This document shows, one piece after another, positions 44,062 to 52,281 of a stretch of 56,450 nt of DNA. The stretch covers positions 1 to 56,450 of the IMG/VR virus record IMGVR_UViG_3300011115_000308. One strand, written 5' to 3'. The stretch comes from a virus. Its lineage: Duplodnaviria; Caudoviricetes. Every line of letters begins with the position of its first letter. The stretch's first letter is position 1. Made by a program: the position numbers and the translations under genes. The notes below the pieces were generated by a model. That model worked only from the letters and a program-made list of their open reading frames with translations. It did not search any database and was not told the origin of the DNA.

Positions 44062-44445
44062 ATGATTGAGCTAGTCCACATCCCTAAAGTCCCCATGGGC
44101 GACCGTGCCCGTGGTGCTAATCATGGTCGTCCCGCGCGTGTTGACTTTGCTTTGCGTAATTATGGCACGATCTGCTTGCTGGCCCTGCCACGCCACATTC
44201 TGCAAGATGGTGACGGCGCGGAGTTCTTCGGGTCTTCGGATGGTTTCGCTATCCAGCTCTCGCCCAATGGTACACGGAAGCTCTCGAACAAGAAGAATAC
44301 GTTCGCGGCCACGCTGCCCCTGCAAATCCGCACCTACATCTCAGCCGTGGTAAAGGGGTCGATCACCGTGCCGCACACCGAAATGCCCGACCGGACGTAC
44401 TTCTTTGCCTACGCCGACATTGAGGCCGCCGCCGAAAACAAATAA
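44062..44445 (+). CDS. Hypothetical protein
   Basis: Start revised to ATG 44062. Ends at a convergent terminator. Confidence 0.6.
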   Translation: MIELVHIPKVPMGDRARGANHGRPARVDFALRNYGTICLLALPRHILQDGDGAEFFGSSDGFAIQLSPNGTRKLSNKKNTFAATLPLQIRTYISAVVKGSITVPHTEMPDRTYFFAYADIEAAAENK

Positions 44446-44472
44446 AAAAGGGGGCCGAAATGGCCCCCCCCC
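44444..44472. terminator. Terminator between convergent genes
   Basis: AAAAAAGGGGGGCC-GAAAT-GGCCCCCC. Confidence 0.65.
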
Positions 44473-44491
44473 TACACCTGCGTGGCGCGTG

Positions 44492-44881
44492 TCACTGCTT
44501 GGTGATGATGTTGCTGGACAGGTTTTCCATCATGGCGGTCAGCGGGTTCAGGAACGCAACCTCAATGCCGATGTCCTTGCCGTGGTCGATCAGCTTGCCG
44601 ACCGCAGCAATAAACGCATCGCGCTTGGCATCGTCAATGGACTTGAGGTCTTCCACATGCCGCTCTGCATCGGCAAACAGGGCTTCAATGCCCGCATCGC
44701 AAGACCCGTGGAAAAACTTGTCTACCTGTGCGCTGTGCGTGTCGGTGCGATAAAACAAGTTGACCGTCAGGTCGTAGCCAATCCAGTTGACGTAGACGAC
44801 GATCTTGGGGTTGTAATAACCTTTTGCGGCGCAGAGTTCTGCGATGCGGTTGGCTTCGGCTTTGATCTGTGTAGCGTTCAT
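44492..44881 (-). CDS. Hypothetical protein
   Basis: CCAACCACTGGAG leader. Confidence 0.75.
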   Translation of the reverse strand: MNATQIKAEANRIAELCAAKGYYNPKIVVYVNWIGYDLTVNLFYRTDTHSAQVDKFFHGSCDAGIEALFADAERHVEDLKSIDDAKRDAFIAAVGKLIDHGKDIGIEVAFLNPLTAMMENLSSNIITKQ

Positions 44882-44925
44882 GGCAATCTCCAGTGGTTGG
44901 GTTGGGGTAGTGACATATCTTTATG

Positions 44926-45126
44926 TCAGGTTTTTGGGTAATGCAACATAATTTTTCCGATTTCTTTTGTGTCACTATACATTATGTCGGCGTCCCGAAT
45001 GGCACGGCACGTCTTGATCACATGCTCCCCCGTCAGGCCAAACTTCCGCGCCACATAGGACGGGGGTTTGACCTTTCGCAGTGCCAAAATGTCTAGCAAT
45101 TGCTCATCTTTTTGCCTTGCGTTCAT
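44926..45126 (-). CDS. Hypothetical protein, possible HTH
   Basis: Start revised to ATG 45126. PSYVARKFGLTGEHV. Confidence 0.5.
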   Translation of the reverse strand: MNARQKDEQLLDILALRKVKPPSYVARKFGLTGEHVIKTCRAIRDADIMYSDTKEIGKIMLHYPKT

Positions 45127-45293
45127 AGCTGGTACGCCCCCAGCAACACCACCACGGCTGCCGCGATGCCCAATGGCACCGCCAGCCACGTCATGCCAGG
45201 CGGCAACGACGCAATGGCGGTGATGGTAATGGCAAAGAACGCCGCGTAGCCCACGATGACAACGGCGGCGATGGCGAGAAGTTGTGCGATCAT
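45123..45293 (-). CDS. 56-aa two-TM membrane protein (below ORF-track cutoff)
   Basis: MIAQLLAIAAVVIVGYAAFFAITITAIASLPPGMTWLAVPLGIAAAVVVLLGAYQL. Coupled at both ends. Confidence 0.65.
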   Translation of the reverse strand: MIAQLLAIAAVVIVGYAAFFAITITAIASLPPGMTWLAVPLGIAAAVVVLLGAYQL

Positions 45294-45586
45294 TATTGTA
45301 TCTCCCTAATCCGAAAGAACCCATCGCGTTCTGGGTATTGCTCCATGTACCATCGTGCATAGTAAGCCCGATGGTTGTTGTTTATTTTGAAATCCCCATG
45401 AGCGCCCTGCGTCACCACATCAGTTTCCCAACGGATGCGTTCAAATATTGCATTTACCGAATAGTTTTTGAAACCTCTGTTCAAAACCTCCCCAGTGAAC
45501 CGCAAGAACAGATGCCAGACAATTGGATTGTCAGCATGAAAAGACAGCGCGGCATTTTCAAGTTTGTTTCTTCCAATCCTTCTCAT
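45293..45586 (-). CDS. Conserved phage hypothetical protein
   Basis: FH..NP, ERIRWE and FKINNN...YYAR pattern. Confidence 0.65.
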   Translation of the reverse strand: MRRIGRNKLENAALSFHADNPIVWHLFLRFTGEVLNRGFKNYSVNAIFERIRWETDVVTQGAHGDFKINNNHRAYYARWYMEQYPERDGFFRIREIQ

Positions 45587-45885
45587 TTCCCGCCCTCCAG
45601 TTGAGCCAGCGCGGCGCGGGCAAAATCACTGTTCAAAGCTGCAAAAAATTGCAGCGCCGCCATAGCCTTGTCAAGTTTGTCCAACGCATCTGCGGCCTGA
45701 CCATGTGCGGCAAGCAGTTGCAGGGTCAGTTCTTTTTTGTCTTCCACCAACTCTTTGATGCGGTCTTTGGCTTGCTTTGTGACCGCAGAGATCATCTCAT
45801 AATCCGCACTGGTCATGTGTTCTTGGTCGTAATCTTTTGCGACACGGCCTAAGTATTGCAGTCGTTTGACCAGATCGTCACTCAT
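45583..45885 (-). CDS. Hypothetical coiled-coil protein
   Basis: MSDDLVKRL start. ATGA-coupled. Confidence 0.6.
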   Translation of the reverse strand: MSDDLVKRLQYLGRVAKDYDQEHMTSADYEMISAVTKQAKDRIKELVEDKKELTLQLLAAHGQAADALDKLDKAMAALQFFAALNSDFARAALAQLEGGK

Positions 45886-46268
45886 TCATCACACTCCTTG
45901 TAAAAAACATGGTTGCCGTACATCCCCACCATCACCATGTCGTCCGCCCAGTAGGGCAGCACATCGCGGGTGTGGTAGTAGGTCGCGCCGCTGCACAGTT
46001 CGCACCCGTACAGCAAGGTTTCGTTGGCAATGATCTGCGCGGTAAGCCACGCATCTATATCCTTGGGCTTGTCGCTCTTGCCATCGTGCGTCCAGCTAAA
46101 CGCGCCCTTTTCCCAGACAACGCCGCAGACGGTCTTGGGAAACCCATCCGTATATACGCGCTCCATCGTGACCTCGGCGATTAGCTTCTGGCCGTCATAG
46201 CTTTCGCTGCGCCCCTCAAAGTACACGTTCATGGCCAAGCAGGTGGCCGCCGCTACGGTGACGATCAT
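45882..46268 (-). CDS. Cell wall hydrolase (SleB/Hydrolase_2 family)
   Basis: CLAMNVYFEGRSE, VCGVV, FSW, GATYYH, PYWA and GNHVFY. Confidence 0.88.
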   Translation of the reverse strand: MIVTVAAATCLAMNVYFEGRSESYDGQKLIAEVTMERVYTDGFPKTVCGVVWEKGAFSWTHDGKSDKPKDIDAWLTAQIIANETLLYGCELCSGATYYHTRDVLPYWADDMVMVGMYGNHVFYKECDE

Positions 46269-46456
46269 TCTTCATCCTCCTCTTCCCACGAGGCGGCTTC
46301 GTCAAAACAATCTTCCAGCGTTTCGTGAACGTTTGAACAAATAAGAGACATTGCTTCCAACAACCAAGTGCCGCGCGGACCCTCAGTTATTTCATAAATA
46401 CGGTCATTCTTACCCACAGCTACATAGCTGCCGTCTGTTCTCATCTTGAATTGCAT
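46265..46456 (-). CDS. Hypothetical protein
   Basis: ATG 46456 after AACCACAACCATGGAG. Confidence 0.6.
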   Translation of the reverse strand: MQFKMRTDGSYVAVGKNDRIYEITEGPRGTWLLEAMSLICSNVHETLEDCFDEAASWEEEDEE

Positions 46457-46513
46457 TTTCAATCTCCATGGTTGTGGTTAGTTTTCAAGTCTTGCGACAA
46501 TTCAAGCGTTGCG

Positions 46514-48817
46514 TCAAGTTGAATGCACAAGCTTGTATCGGGTTATTTGCTTTTTGTTGTACTTGTGGATGTGGCTTTCCTTGGAGATGTGGCCGTCTTT
46601 GACCATCATGCCCAAGCAGGTTTCGATGTCGGCGCGCTTGAACCGCTTTTCCAAACGGCGCAGGATCACGCCCCCCGTCTCGCCGTCCGGCCCGTCAACC
46701 ATCTGCGAGATGGTCATCCGCAGCGCCATGGCGGGATCGTCCTTGGCCTTGTCATTGGCCAGCACCAGCCGCATCTTGCTTTCGATGTCGCGCCGGACAA
46801 GCGCGTAGGCCCAGCGGACATGCTCCACCGTGCGGACGCCCTCTGGTATGGCAAGGATCAGGCTGATCTTGCTGACCTGCTCGTAGCCCCGCATGGGTAG
46901 CGCCTCCAGCGAGGTGCGTTCCTTGTGGTGGTAGGCCATCTCGTCAAACAGATCGACGATGTCGTCCAGCATGGCGTTGGCCTCGCTATTGGTCGGGATT
47001 TCGATGCGATCCCCGTAATGCTCCACGCGGTTGCTGGTTTTAGAGCCGTCAAAGTTGCCCCCCAGCGCCAGTTGTTGCATGGTCATCTTCAGCCCCTCTG
47101 GAAATTCTGTCTTCTTCCAGCCCTTCTTGGTGGGTGGTGCCGTCTCTTGCTCAATGCACAGGATTGCGCGCCCCATGAACCCCGTGGTGGCGGCCTCAAA
47201 CGTGACCAGATCGTTGAAGTTCTTCTCCGTGGTGTAGCCCGTCATCGCCAAGAATGGGCGGTCGATCCCCGCGTCCAGCGTGTCCAACTGGTAGGTGATG
47301 GCAGCGGCGCGGCTGGACATGGTGGGTGTCTCGCCCTTTTCTTCCATGTACTTTTCGATCTGCATCAGTTCCTTGCGGAGGTGGCCCCTGATGTCTTCCT
47401 TCAGATCACCGGATACCATTAGCCTGCCGTCCGCTTTGGAATAGGCCGACATCAACAGGCCGACCACGCCTTCCAGATAACTAGCCCCGCTTTTTTTGGC
47501 CCCGTTGATCTTCTGGAATAAGAACCCGACCTCGTCCATCATGTAGGCCGCCATCTGGTGGCGGGTCAAATTCCGCGCGATCTCTTGCTCGGACTTGATG
47601 GTGCCGTGGACCGCCGCCGACACGCCGCAGTGCATCAAGATTTCGGCGGACGCGCTCAGGATGCCGTCCTTGCCAGACCCCGACGATGCCACGTTGAACA
47701 CGAACAGGTTGGTGGTGGCACGGTCGCGGTCGTCGCGGTAGCGTAGCCCAAAGGCTACACCCATGACCCAGATTGCGGACATGGCGGCGAGGGCCTCCCG
47801 CTTCCGGCGTGTCCGGCTTTCGATCCACTCAGCAAGCAGCCCCGCAAGCCCTGGCGGACGGCGAAGATCAAACGACGAGGTGTCAATGGCCTTGGGCGCG
47901 GAATAGACTTCCGCTGGCACCTGAAACTCGAACTCCTTAGAGGGGGTGAACGTCACGGGCTGGACGTATCCGCCCTCTTCCGCGTAGTGCATCAAGGTGC
48001 CCAGCGTCACGGGGTTGGCCGACCGACCGAACGAGTGCCACTTGTACTGCATGGACGTGTCGTCGTACTTGGTAGACTGTTGGCTCCACCTGTCCCACAG
48101 GTCAAACGCCGATCCGCCCGTTGCATGGTGCAGCGCCATGCCGATCTTGATCCACTCCTCATAGTCCAAATCGTTGTTCGGGACATGGGACAGCATCTCG
48201 GCCAGTTCCGCATCGTTCACGTCCACAATCTTGCCGCCCAGATCGGCACGATGGCGTTCTGGCACCCGCAGCATGTCCAGCAACTTCACTGGCAGGTCGT
48301 CAATGTCGTCGGGCGATCCATACGCGATCTCATACGCCTGACCACTGGAGTGCATGGAACCCGCACCAACGACGAACGCAGCACCAGACTTGAAGTCGAG
48401 GCCTGCATAATCGGCCAGCTTGACCACCAGCGCCACGCCTTCGGGGACGCGGAAGAAGTAATGCTTGGAGCCGCCACCCGACCCCGTGTTGACGATCAGG
48501 CCCGATCCGGCCAGTTCCGGCACCACTTCCAGCAACTTGGCAAAGCTGGCCACGCCACCATTTCTGGCGTCAACGTCAACGACAAGGATGCCGCGCAGGG
48601 CGATGCCGTAGCCAGTCTTGAACTGGCGCATCTCTGCCATGGTGTCCAACTGTTCCTCGGACCAGTGTGGCGTGTGCTGCCAGTTGCTGACGCGCGGATG
48701 TTTGAACAGCGACTTGTCTGGACAGTGTGGGTTTCCGCACTCGCATTTCCCGTCCTTGCCACGGCCATATAGCCCAAAGACGCGAAATCCAGCCTCCCAA
48801 AAAATGCGGTACTCCAT
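46514..48817 (-). CDS. Bifunctional primase-polymerase with PriCT-2 and C-terminal helicase-like domain
   Basis: CECG...C...KHP, VVDVD, TGSGGGSKHYFF, YEEWIKIGMALH...WS...KY, ASSGSGKD (Walker A-like) and MDEVG (Walker B). Confidence 0.85.
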   Translation of the reverse strand: MEYRIFWEAGFRVFGLYGRGKDGKCECGNPHCPDKSLFKHPRVSNWQHTPHWSEEQLDTMAEMRQFKTGYGIALRGILVVDVDARNGGVASFAKLLEVVPELAGSGLIVNTGSGGGSKHYFFRVPEGVALVVKLADYAGLDFKSGAAFVVGAGSMHSSGQAYEIAYGSPDDIDDLPVKLLDMLRVPERHRADLGGKIVDVNDAELAEMLSHVPNNDLDYEEWIKIGMALHHATGGSAFDLWDRWSQQSTKYDDTSMQYKWHSFGRSANPVTLGTLMHYAEEGGYVQPVTFTPSKEFEFQVPAEVYSAPKAIDTSSFDLRRPPGLAGLLAEWIESRTRRKREALAAMSAIWVMGVAFGLRYRDDRDRATTNLFVFNVASSGSGKDGILSASAEILMHCGVSAAVHGTIKSEQEIARNLTRHQMAAYMMDEVGFLFQKINGAKKSGASYLEGVVGLLMSAYSKADGRLMVSGDLKEDIRGHLRKELMQIEKYMEEKGETPTMSSRAAAITYQLDTLDAGIDRPFLAMTGYTTEKNFNDLVTFEAATTGFMGRAILCIEQETAPPTKKGWKKTEFPEGLKMTMQQLALGGNFDGSKTSNRVEHYGDRIEIPTNSEANAMLDDIVDLFDEMAYHHKERTSLEALPMRGYEQVSKISLILAIPEGVRTVEHVRWAYALVRRDIESKMRLVLANDKAKDDPAMALRMTISQMVDGPDGETGGVILRRLEKRFKRADIETCLGMMVKDGHISKESHIHKYNKKQITRYKLVHST

Positions 48818-48820
48818 ATA

Positions 48821-49051
48821 TCAGGCCGTCTCGCCAAAGAGGTATTTCTCCAGCTTTTCAATGGTCGCCAATGAAAAACTTTGGCTACCTTCACGCGCGA
48901 TGCTCCTGATTGTGTTGGGGTGCAGGCCTGTCTCTTCCGCGACCAAAACGAGTGGATTTTTCGGTACATTTTTTGCGCGTTCGTTCAGGGCCGTCCGAAT
49001 ACGGCCAACCTGATCCGCGATAGCTTCTTTGATTTTTGTTGTTTCCGACAT
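48821..49051 (-). CDS. Cro/XRE-like HTH regulator
   Basis: Start revised to ATG 49051. LVAEETGLHPNTIRSIA...SLATIEKL. Confidence 0.7.
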   Translation of the reverse strand: MSETTKIKEAIADQVGRIRTALNERAKNVPKNPLVLVAEETGLHPNTIRSIAREGSQSFSLATIEKLEKYLFGETA

Positions 49052-49070
49052 TTTTTGCTTGTCCCTTTCA

Positions 49071-49117
49071 GTGACACGTTGCCTGTTGACATTGTCACAA
49101 GCGACATCTAAGGTCAA
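49071..49117. promoter_or_regulatory. Divergent promoter region with TGACA/TGTCA inverted repeats
   Basis: Plus TTGACA-17 bp-TAAGGT (49086-49114). TGACATTGTCA palindrome at 49087-49097. Extra GTGACA and GCGACA half-sites. Confidence 0.6.
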
Positions 49118-49144
49118 TGGCGTTGATGAAGGAGTAACAGCAAC

Positions 49145-49903
49145 ATGTCTATACTAGACCAAATCACGAAACCCGCGTTACGGCCACTGGCCGTGACCAT
49201 CATCGGGGAGGCGGGACTGGGGAAAACTTCCCTTGGCGCGACCTTTCCGAAGCCGATCTTCATTCGGGCCGAGGATGGCCTCAAGTCAATCACCAACAAC
49301 CCCATGCCCGATGCGTTTCCGGTCCTCAAGAGCGTTGAAGACCTTTGGCCGCAATTGTGGGCGTTGGCCAAAGAAGAACACCAGTACGAGACGCTGGTGG
49401 TGGACACCGTGTCCACGCTTGACACCATGTTCACCGACTGGGTTGTTGAAAGCGACCCGAACAAGCCCAAGTCCATCAACCAAGCCCTTGGGGGCTGGGG
49501 CGCTGGCACCAACATGGTTTCCAGCCAGCATCGCCGCCTCCGCAAGGGTTGCGAGTACCTGCTGGATCGCGGAATGAACATAGTGTTCCTGTCCCACGCT
49601 GACACCACCACCGTGTCGCCGCCCGATGGCAACCAGTACACCCGCTACACCATGCGGATGCACGAGAAATCCATGCAACCCTACATCGACAACGTCGATC
49701 TGGTGGGTTTCCTGCGCTTGGAGATGTTCACCAAGGGCGACGGGGACGTGAAGAAGGCTATCTCCACTGGCGAACGACAGTTGGTGTGCCACGCAATGGC
49801 CGCAAACGTCAGCAAGAACCGTTTCGGCATCAATGAACCCATCGAAGTTATGTCGGGGCTGAACCCGCTGGCTGCGTATCTGATCAAGGGAGAGAAAAAA
49901 TGA
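49145..49903 (+). CDS. Sak4-like/AAA_24 ATPase (ssDNA annealing)
   Basis: GEAGLGKT, AEDG, TLVVDT, FLSH and SKNRF motifs. Upstream of SSB. Confidence 0.8.
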   Translation: MSILDQITKPALRPLAVTIIGEAGLGKTSLGATFPKPIFIRAEDGLKSITNNPMPDAFPVLKSVEDLWPQLWALAKEEHQYETLVVDTVSTLDTMFTDWVVESDPNKPKSINQALGGWGAGTNMVSSQHRRLRKGCEYLLDRGMNIVFLSHADTTTVSPPDGNQYTRYTMRMHEKSMQPYIDNVDLVGFLRLEMFTKGDGDVKKAISTGERQLVCHAMAANVSKNRFGINEPIEVMSGLNPLAAYLIKGEKK

Positions 49904-50529
49904 GCAATTTTTGGGGTTTATCTGAGGGTGGCAGCGCCGCCGATAACGCAAGCGGCGAGTTTGATGCGGGTGGCGGCAATATGCAGCCCATTCCGTCCGA
50001 CACCAACGTGTTGGCGGCCATTGACGAGGCCAAGTGGGCCAAGAACCAGAAAGGCGACGAGTTCATCTCGCTGCGCTGGTCTGTGATGCAGCCGGAAGAG
50101 TTTGAGAACCGCAAGATTTTCCAGAAGCTTTGGGTCACTGACTTTGATCCTTCGGTATTTGGTTCTAAGGGCGAAGACAAAGCCATTGCCAAGCGTGACA
50201 AGGCCAAAAAGATGCTGGCTGCCATTGACACCAACGCTGGGGGCAAGTTGCTGGCCAAACCCGTTATGCCGACCGACGAAAGCATGACGCTTCACCTCAC
50301 CAACAAGCCGATGATCGTCAAGGTCATGGTGTGGGAAATGACCGACCGCATGACGGGGGATGTAGCCCGTGGCAACTGGGTCGGCGCTGTGTCGTCTAAG
50401 GCTGCGGCAAAAGTGTCGTCGCCGGAAGAGATCGCCAAGTCTAAGTCCGAAATGGCAAACCACCAGAGCAAGGCCGCTGGTGCCGCTGCCCGTGGTGGCC
50501 GCGACCTTGACGACGAAATCCCCTTTTAA
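49900..50529 (+). CDS. Single-stranded DNA-binding protein (DUF669-like)
   Basis: Acidic tail DLDDEIPF. Lies between the Sak4-like gene and the exonuclease. Confidence 0.75.
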   Translation: MSNFWGLSEGGSAADNASGEFDAGGGNMQPIPSDTNVLAAIDEAKWAKNQKGDEFISLRWSVMQPEEFENRKIFQKLWVTDFDPSVFGSKGEDKAIAKRDKAKKMLAAIDTNAGGKLLAKPVMPTDESMTLHLTNKPMIVKVMVWEMTDRMTGDVARGNWVGAVSSKAAAKVSSPEEIAKSKSEMANHQSKAAGAAARGGRDLDDEIPF

Positions 50530-50537
50530 ATTTAACT

Positions 50538-50559
50538 GGGAGGGGCTTCGGTCCCTCCC
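50538..50559 (+). other. UUCG-capped stem-loop after ssb
   Basis: GGGAGGGGC-TTCG-GTCCCTCCC. No U tract. Confidence 0.55.
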
Positions 50560-50590
50560 TACCACCCCCAACCAGAGTGAGACATACGCA

Positions 50591-50848
50591 ATGACAAGTC
50601 GGGCCGAATGGCGGGAAACCGCAATTGAAGAATTAATTAAACTTTTTGATCATTTTGAATGGGTTGATAGCACTATGCTTAAAAAAAGAATGAAAGAAAT
50701 TGGGTTTAATCCTCCAGAAGAATTTAAAGATTGGGGTTTTCCATTTCGTGCCGCCAAAAAAGCAGGAAAGATTAAAAAATTAGGATACCATATGTCAACA
50801 GAAAAACAATGTAATGGCAGGCCGATTACAAAATGGGAAAAAGCATGA
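50591..50848 (+). CDS. Low-GC hypothetical protein
   Basis: Start revised to ATG 50591. ATGA overlap with the exonuclease gene. Confidence 0.6.
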   Translation: MTSRAEWRETAIEELIKLFDHFEWVDSTMLKKRMKEIGFNPPEEFKDWGFPFRAAKKAGKIKKLGYHMSTEKQCNGRPITKWEKA

Positions 50849-51714
50849 TGGAACAAAGATCACCAGAGTGGTTTACCGCTCGTAAAGGCCGCATCACCGG
50901 ATCAATGGTGGGCGCTGCCCTCGGCCTAGACCCCAATACCAGCCGCGATGAGGCGATGCGCCGCATGGTGCGCGCTTATCAGGGGCTGCCGTCAGAGTTT
51001 GTTGGCAACATCGCCACATCGTGGGGCACCAACCACGAAACGGAAGCCCGCGAGGCTTTTGAGTACCAATTTAAACCCGTAGCACCTGCCACCTTCGTGG
51101 TACATCCCACGCTGCCGTGGCTGGGGGCTAGCCCTGACGGGTACGTTGCCAACCATGCCCTGCTTGAGATCAAATGCCCCTTTGGCCTGCGCGACAAGCC
51201 CAAGCCCGTGCCGTTCAAGAGCATCAACATCCAGCCGCATTACTACGCCCAAATGCAAATCCAGATGTACTGCACCGACAAGATCGCCTGCTATTTTTGG
51301 CAGTGGACGCCGAACGATCACAAACTGGAGATCGTGGACTATGACCCGATCTGGATCGAAGTGAACCTGCCCAAACTTGAGGCGTTCTACAACGAGTTCT
51401 TGGCGATCCGCGACGAGGGTATGCCGGAGCCGGAAGAAAAGCTTGAGATCGACACCATAGGCCACCGCTACATGATTGCAGAGTACGATGTACTCACCAA
51501 GCAGATCAAAGAGGCTGAAGACCGCAAGAAGGAAATCTTGGATGCGCTGGTGTTTGAAAGCGCCGGACAAGATGCCGTGATCTGCGGGCGCAAGCTTACG
51601 CTGGTGCATCGGGCGGGCAGCGTGTCCTACGCCAAGGCCATCAAAGAGCTTGCCCCCGATGCCGATTTGGAAAAATGGCGCGGTGAACCTTCAACATACT
51701 GGACCCTGAAATGA
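50845..51714 (+). CDS. YqaJ/lambda-exonuclease family nuclease
   Basis: QRSPEW..RKGRITGS, WG..HE, GASPDG, EIKCP and YYAQMQIQM. Confidence 0.9.
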   Translation: MMEQRSPEWFTARKGRITGSMVGAALGLDPNTSRDEAMRRMVRAYQGLPSEFVGNIATSWGTNHETEAREAFEYQFKPVAPATFVVHPTLPWLGASPDGYVANHALLEIKCPFGLRDKPKPVPFKSINIQPHYYAQMQIQMYCTDKIACYFWQWTPNDHKLEIVDYDPIWIEVNLPKLEAFYNEFLAIRDEGMPEPEEKLEIDTIGHRYMIAEYDVLTKQIKEAEDRKKEILDALVFESAGQDAVICGRKLTLVHRAGSVSYAKAIKELAPDADLEKWRGEPSTYWTLK

Positions 51715-51905
51715 CCGACCAGCTTCAACGCCAGATCAACATCAACACGCAATTGCGGCGGCAGCTTGAAACTGCCCGCCGCGATGCGGTCGAATACTGC
51801 GCTAAATATTGCGAAGATCACGGGTTTATGGTGATGGAAAAAGATGTAGGCAAATGGTATGCCGGAAAACTTAGAGAGATTGTTGGGAATGCGCGTAAAG
51901 ATTAA
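51711..51905 (+). CDS. Hypothetical protein
   Basis: ATGA-coupled. Confidence 0.55.
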   Translation: MTDQLQRQININTQLRRQLETARRDAVEYCAKYCEDHGFMVMEKDVGKWYAGKLREIVGNARKD

Positions 51906-52206
51906 AGGCGTCATCTACGAAACCGTGGAAGAAGCAGCCAAAGATTTTAACATCAAGCCAAGGCAAATTCAAAGGGCGTTGAACGAGGGCAGGGAAGACC
52001 GCTTGCGGCCAAAGAGGCAGGGCAGCAAGCAAGGCACCCCACAGCCGTTTACCATTGAAGGCGTGACATTCCCAAACCAGAAGGCGGCCAACGACGCGCT
52101 GGGCTTTGGCTACAATTATGTCACGCAGGCAATAAATTGTAACAGCGCGGTTTCATTGGCCAAGATCGCCAAGGCTGCCCGACGATACAGGGAAACTTGT
52201 AGCTAA
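51889..52206 (+). CDS. Small DNA-binding protein with two NUMOD1-like HTH repeats
   Basis: IKGVIYETVEEAAKDFNI and IEGVTFPNQKAANDALG. Confidence 0.55.
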   Translation: MRVKIKGVIYETVEEAAKDFNIKPRQIQRALNEGREDRLRPKRQGSKQGTPQPFTIEGVTFPNQKAANDALGFGYNYVTQAINCNSAVSLAKIAKAARRYRETCS

Positions 52207-52222
52207 CGATACAAATTGATTG

Positions 52223-52251
52223 TTGCGAGGTGATGTAAAGACTGCTATTCT
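52223..52251 (+). promoter_or_regulatory. Promoter for the helicase operon
   Basis: TTGCGA-17 bp-TATTCT with extended TGn, followed by the CCAACCAACCACGAGG leader. Confidence 0.6.
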
Positions 52252-52281
52252 TCTGTCACCAACCAACCACGAGGTTTTACG

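Larger units (their letters stand above)
39289..52274. repeat. Dispersed leader motif CCAACCAC-N(0-2)-GGAG, about ten copies, each directly before a start codon
   Basis: Copies near 39289, 39529, 41055, 41321, 41636, 42637, 44888 and 46464 (minus) and 42760 and 52259 (plus). Degenerate copy at 50568. Confidence 0.8.

Noticed and set aside
39289-46479. CCAACCAC repeats as a CRISPR array or att sites
   Set aside because: Short, irregularly spaced, on both strands and always tied to ribosome-binding sites. No cas or integrase genes.
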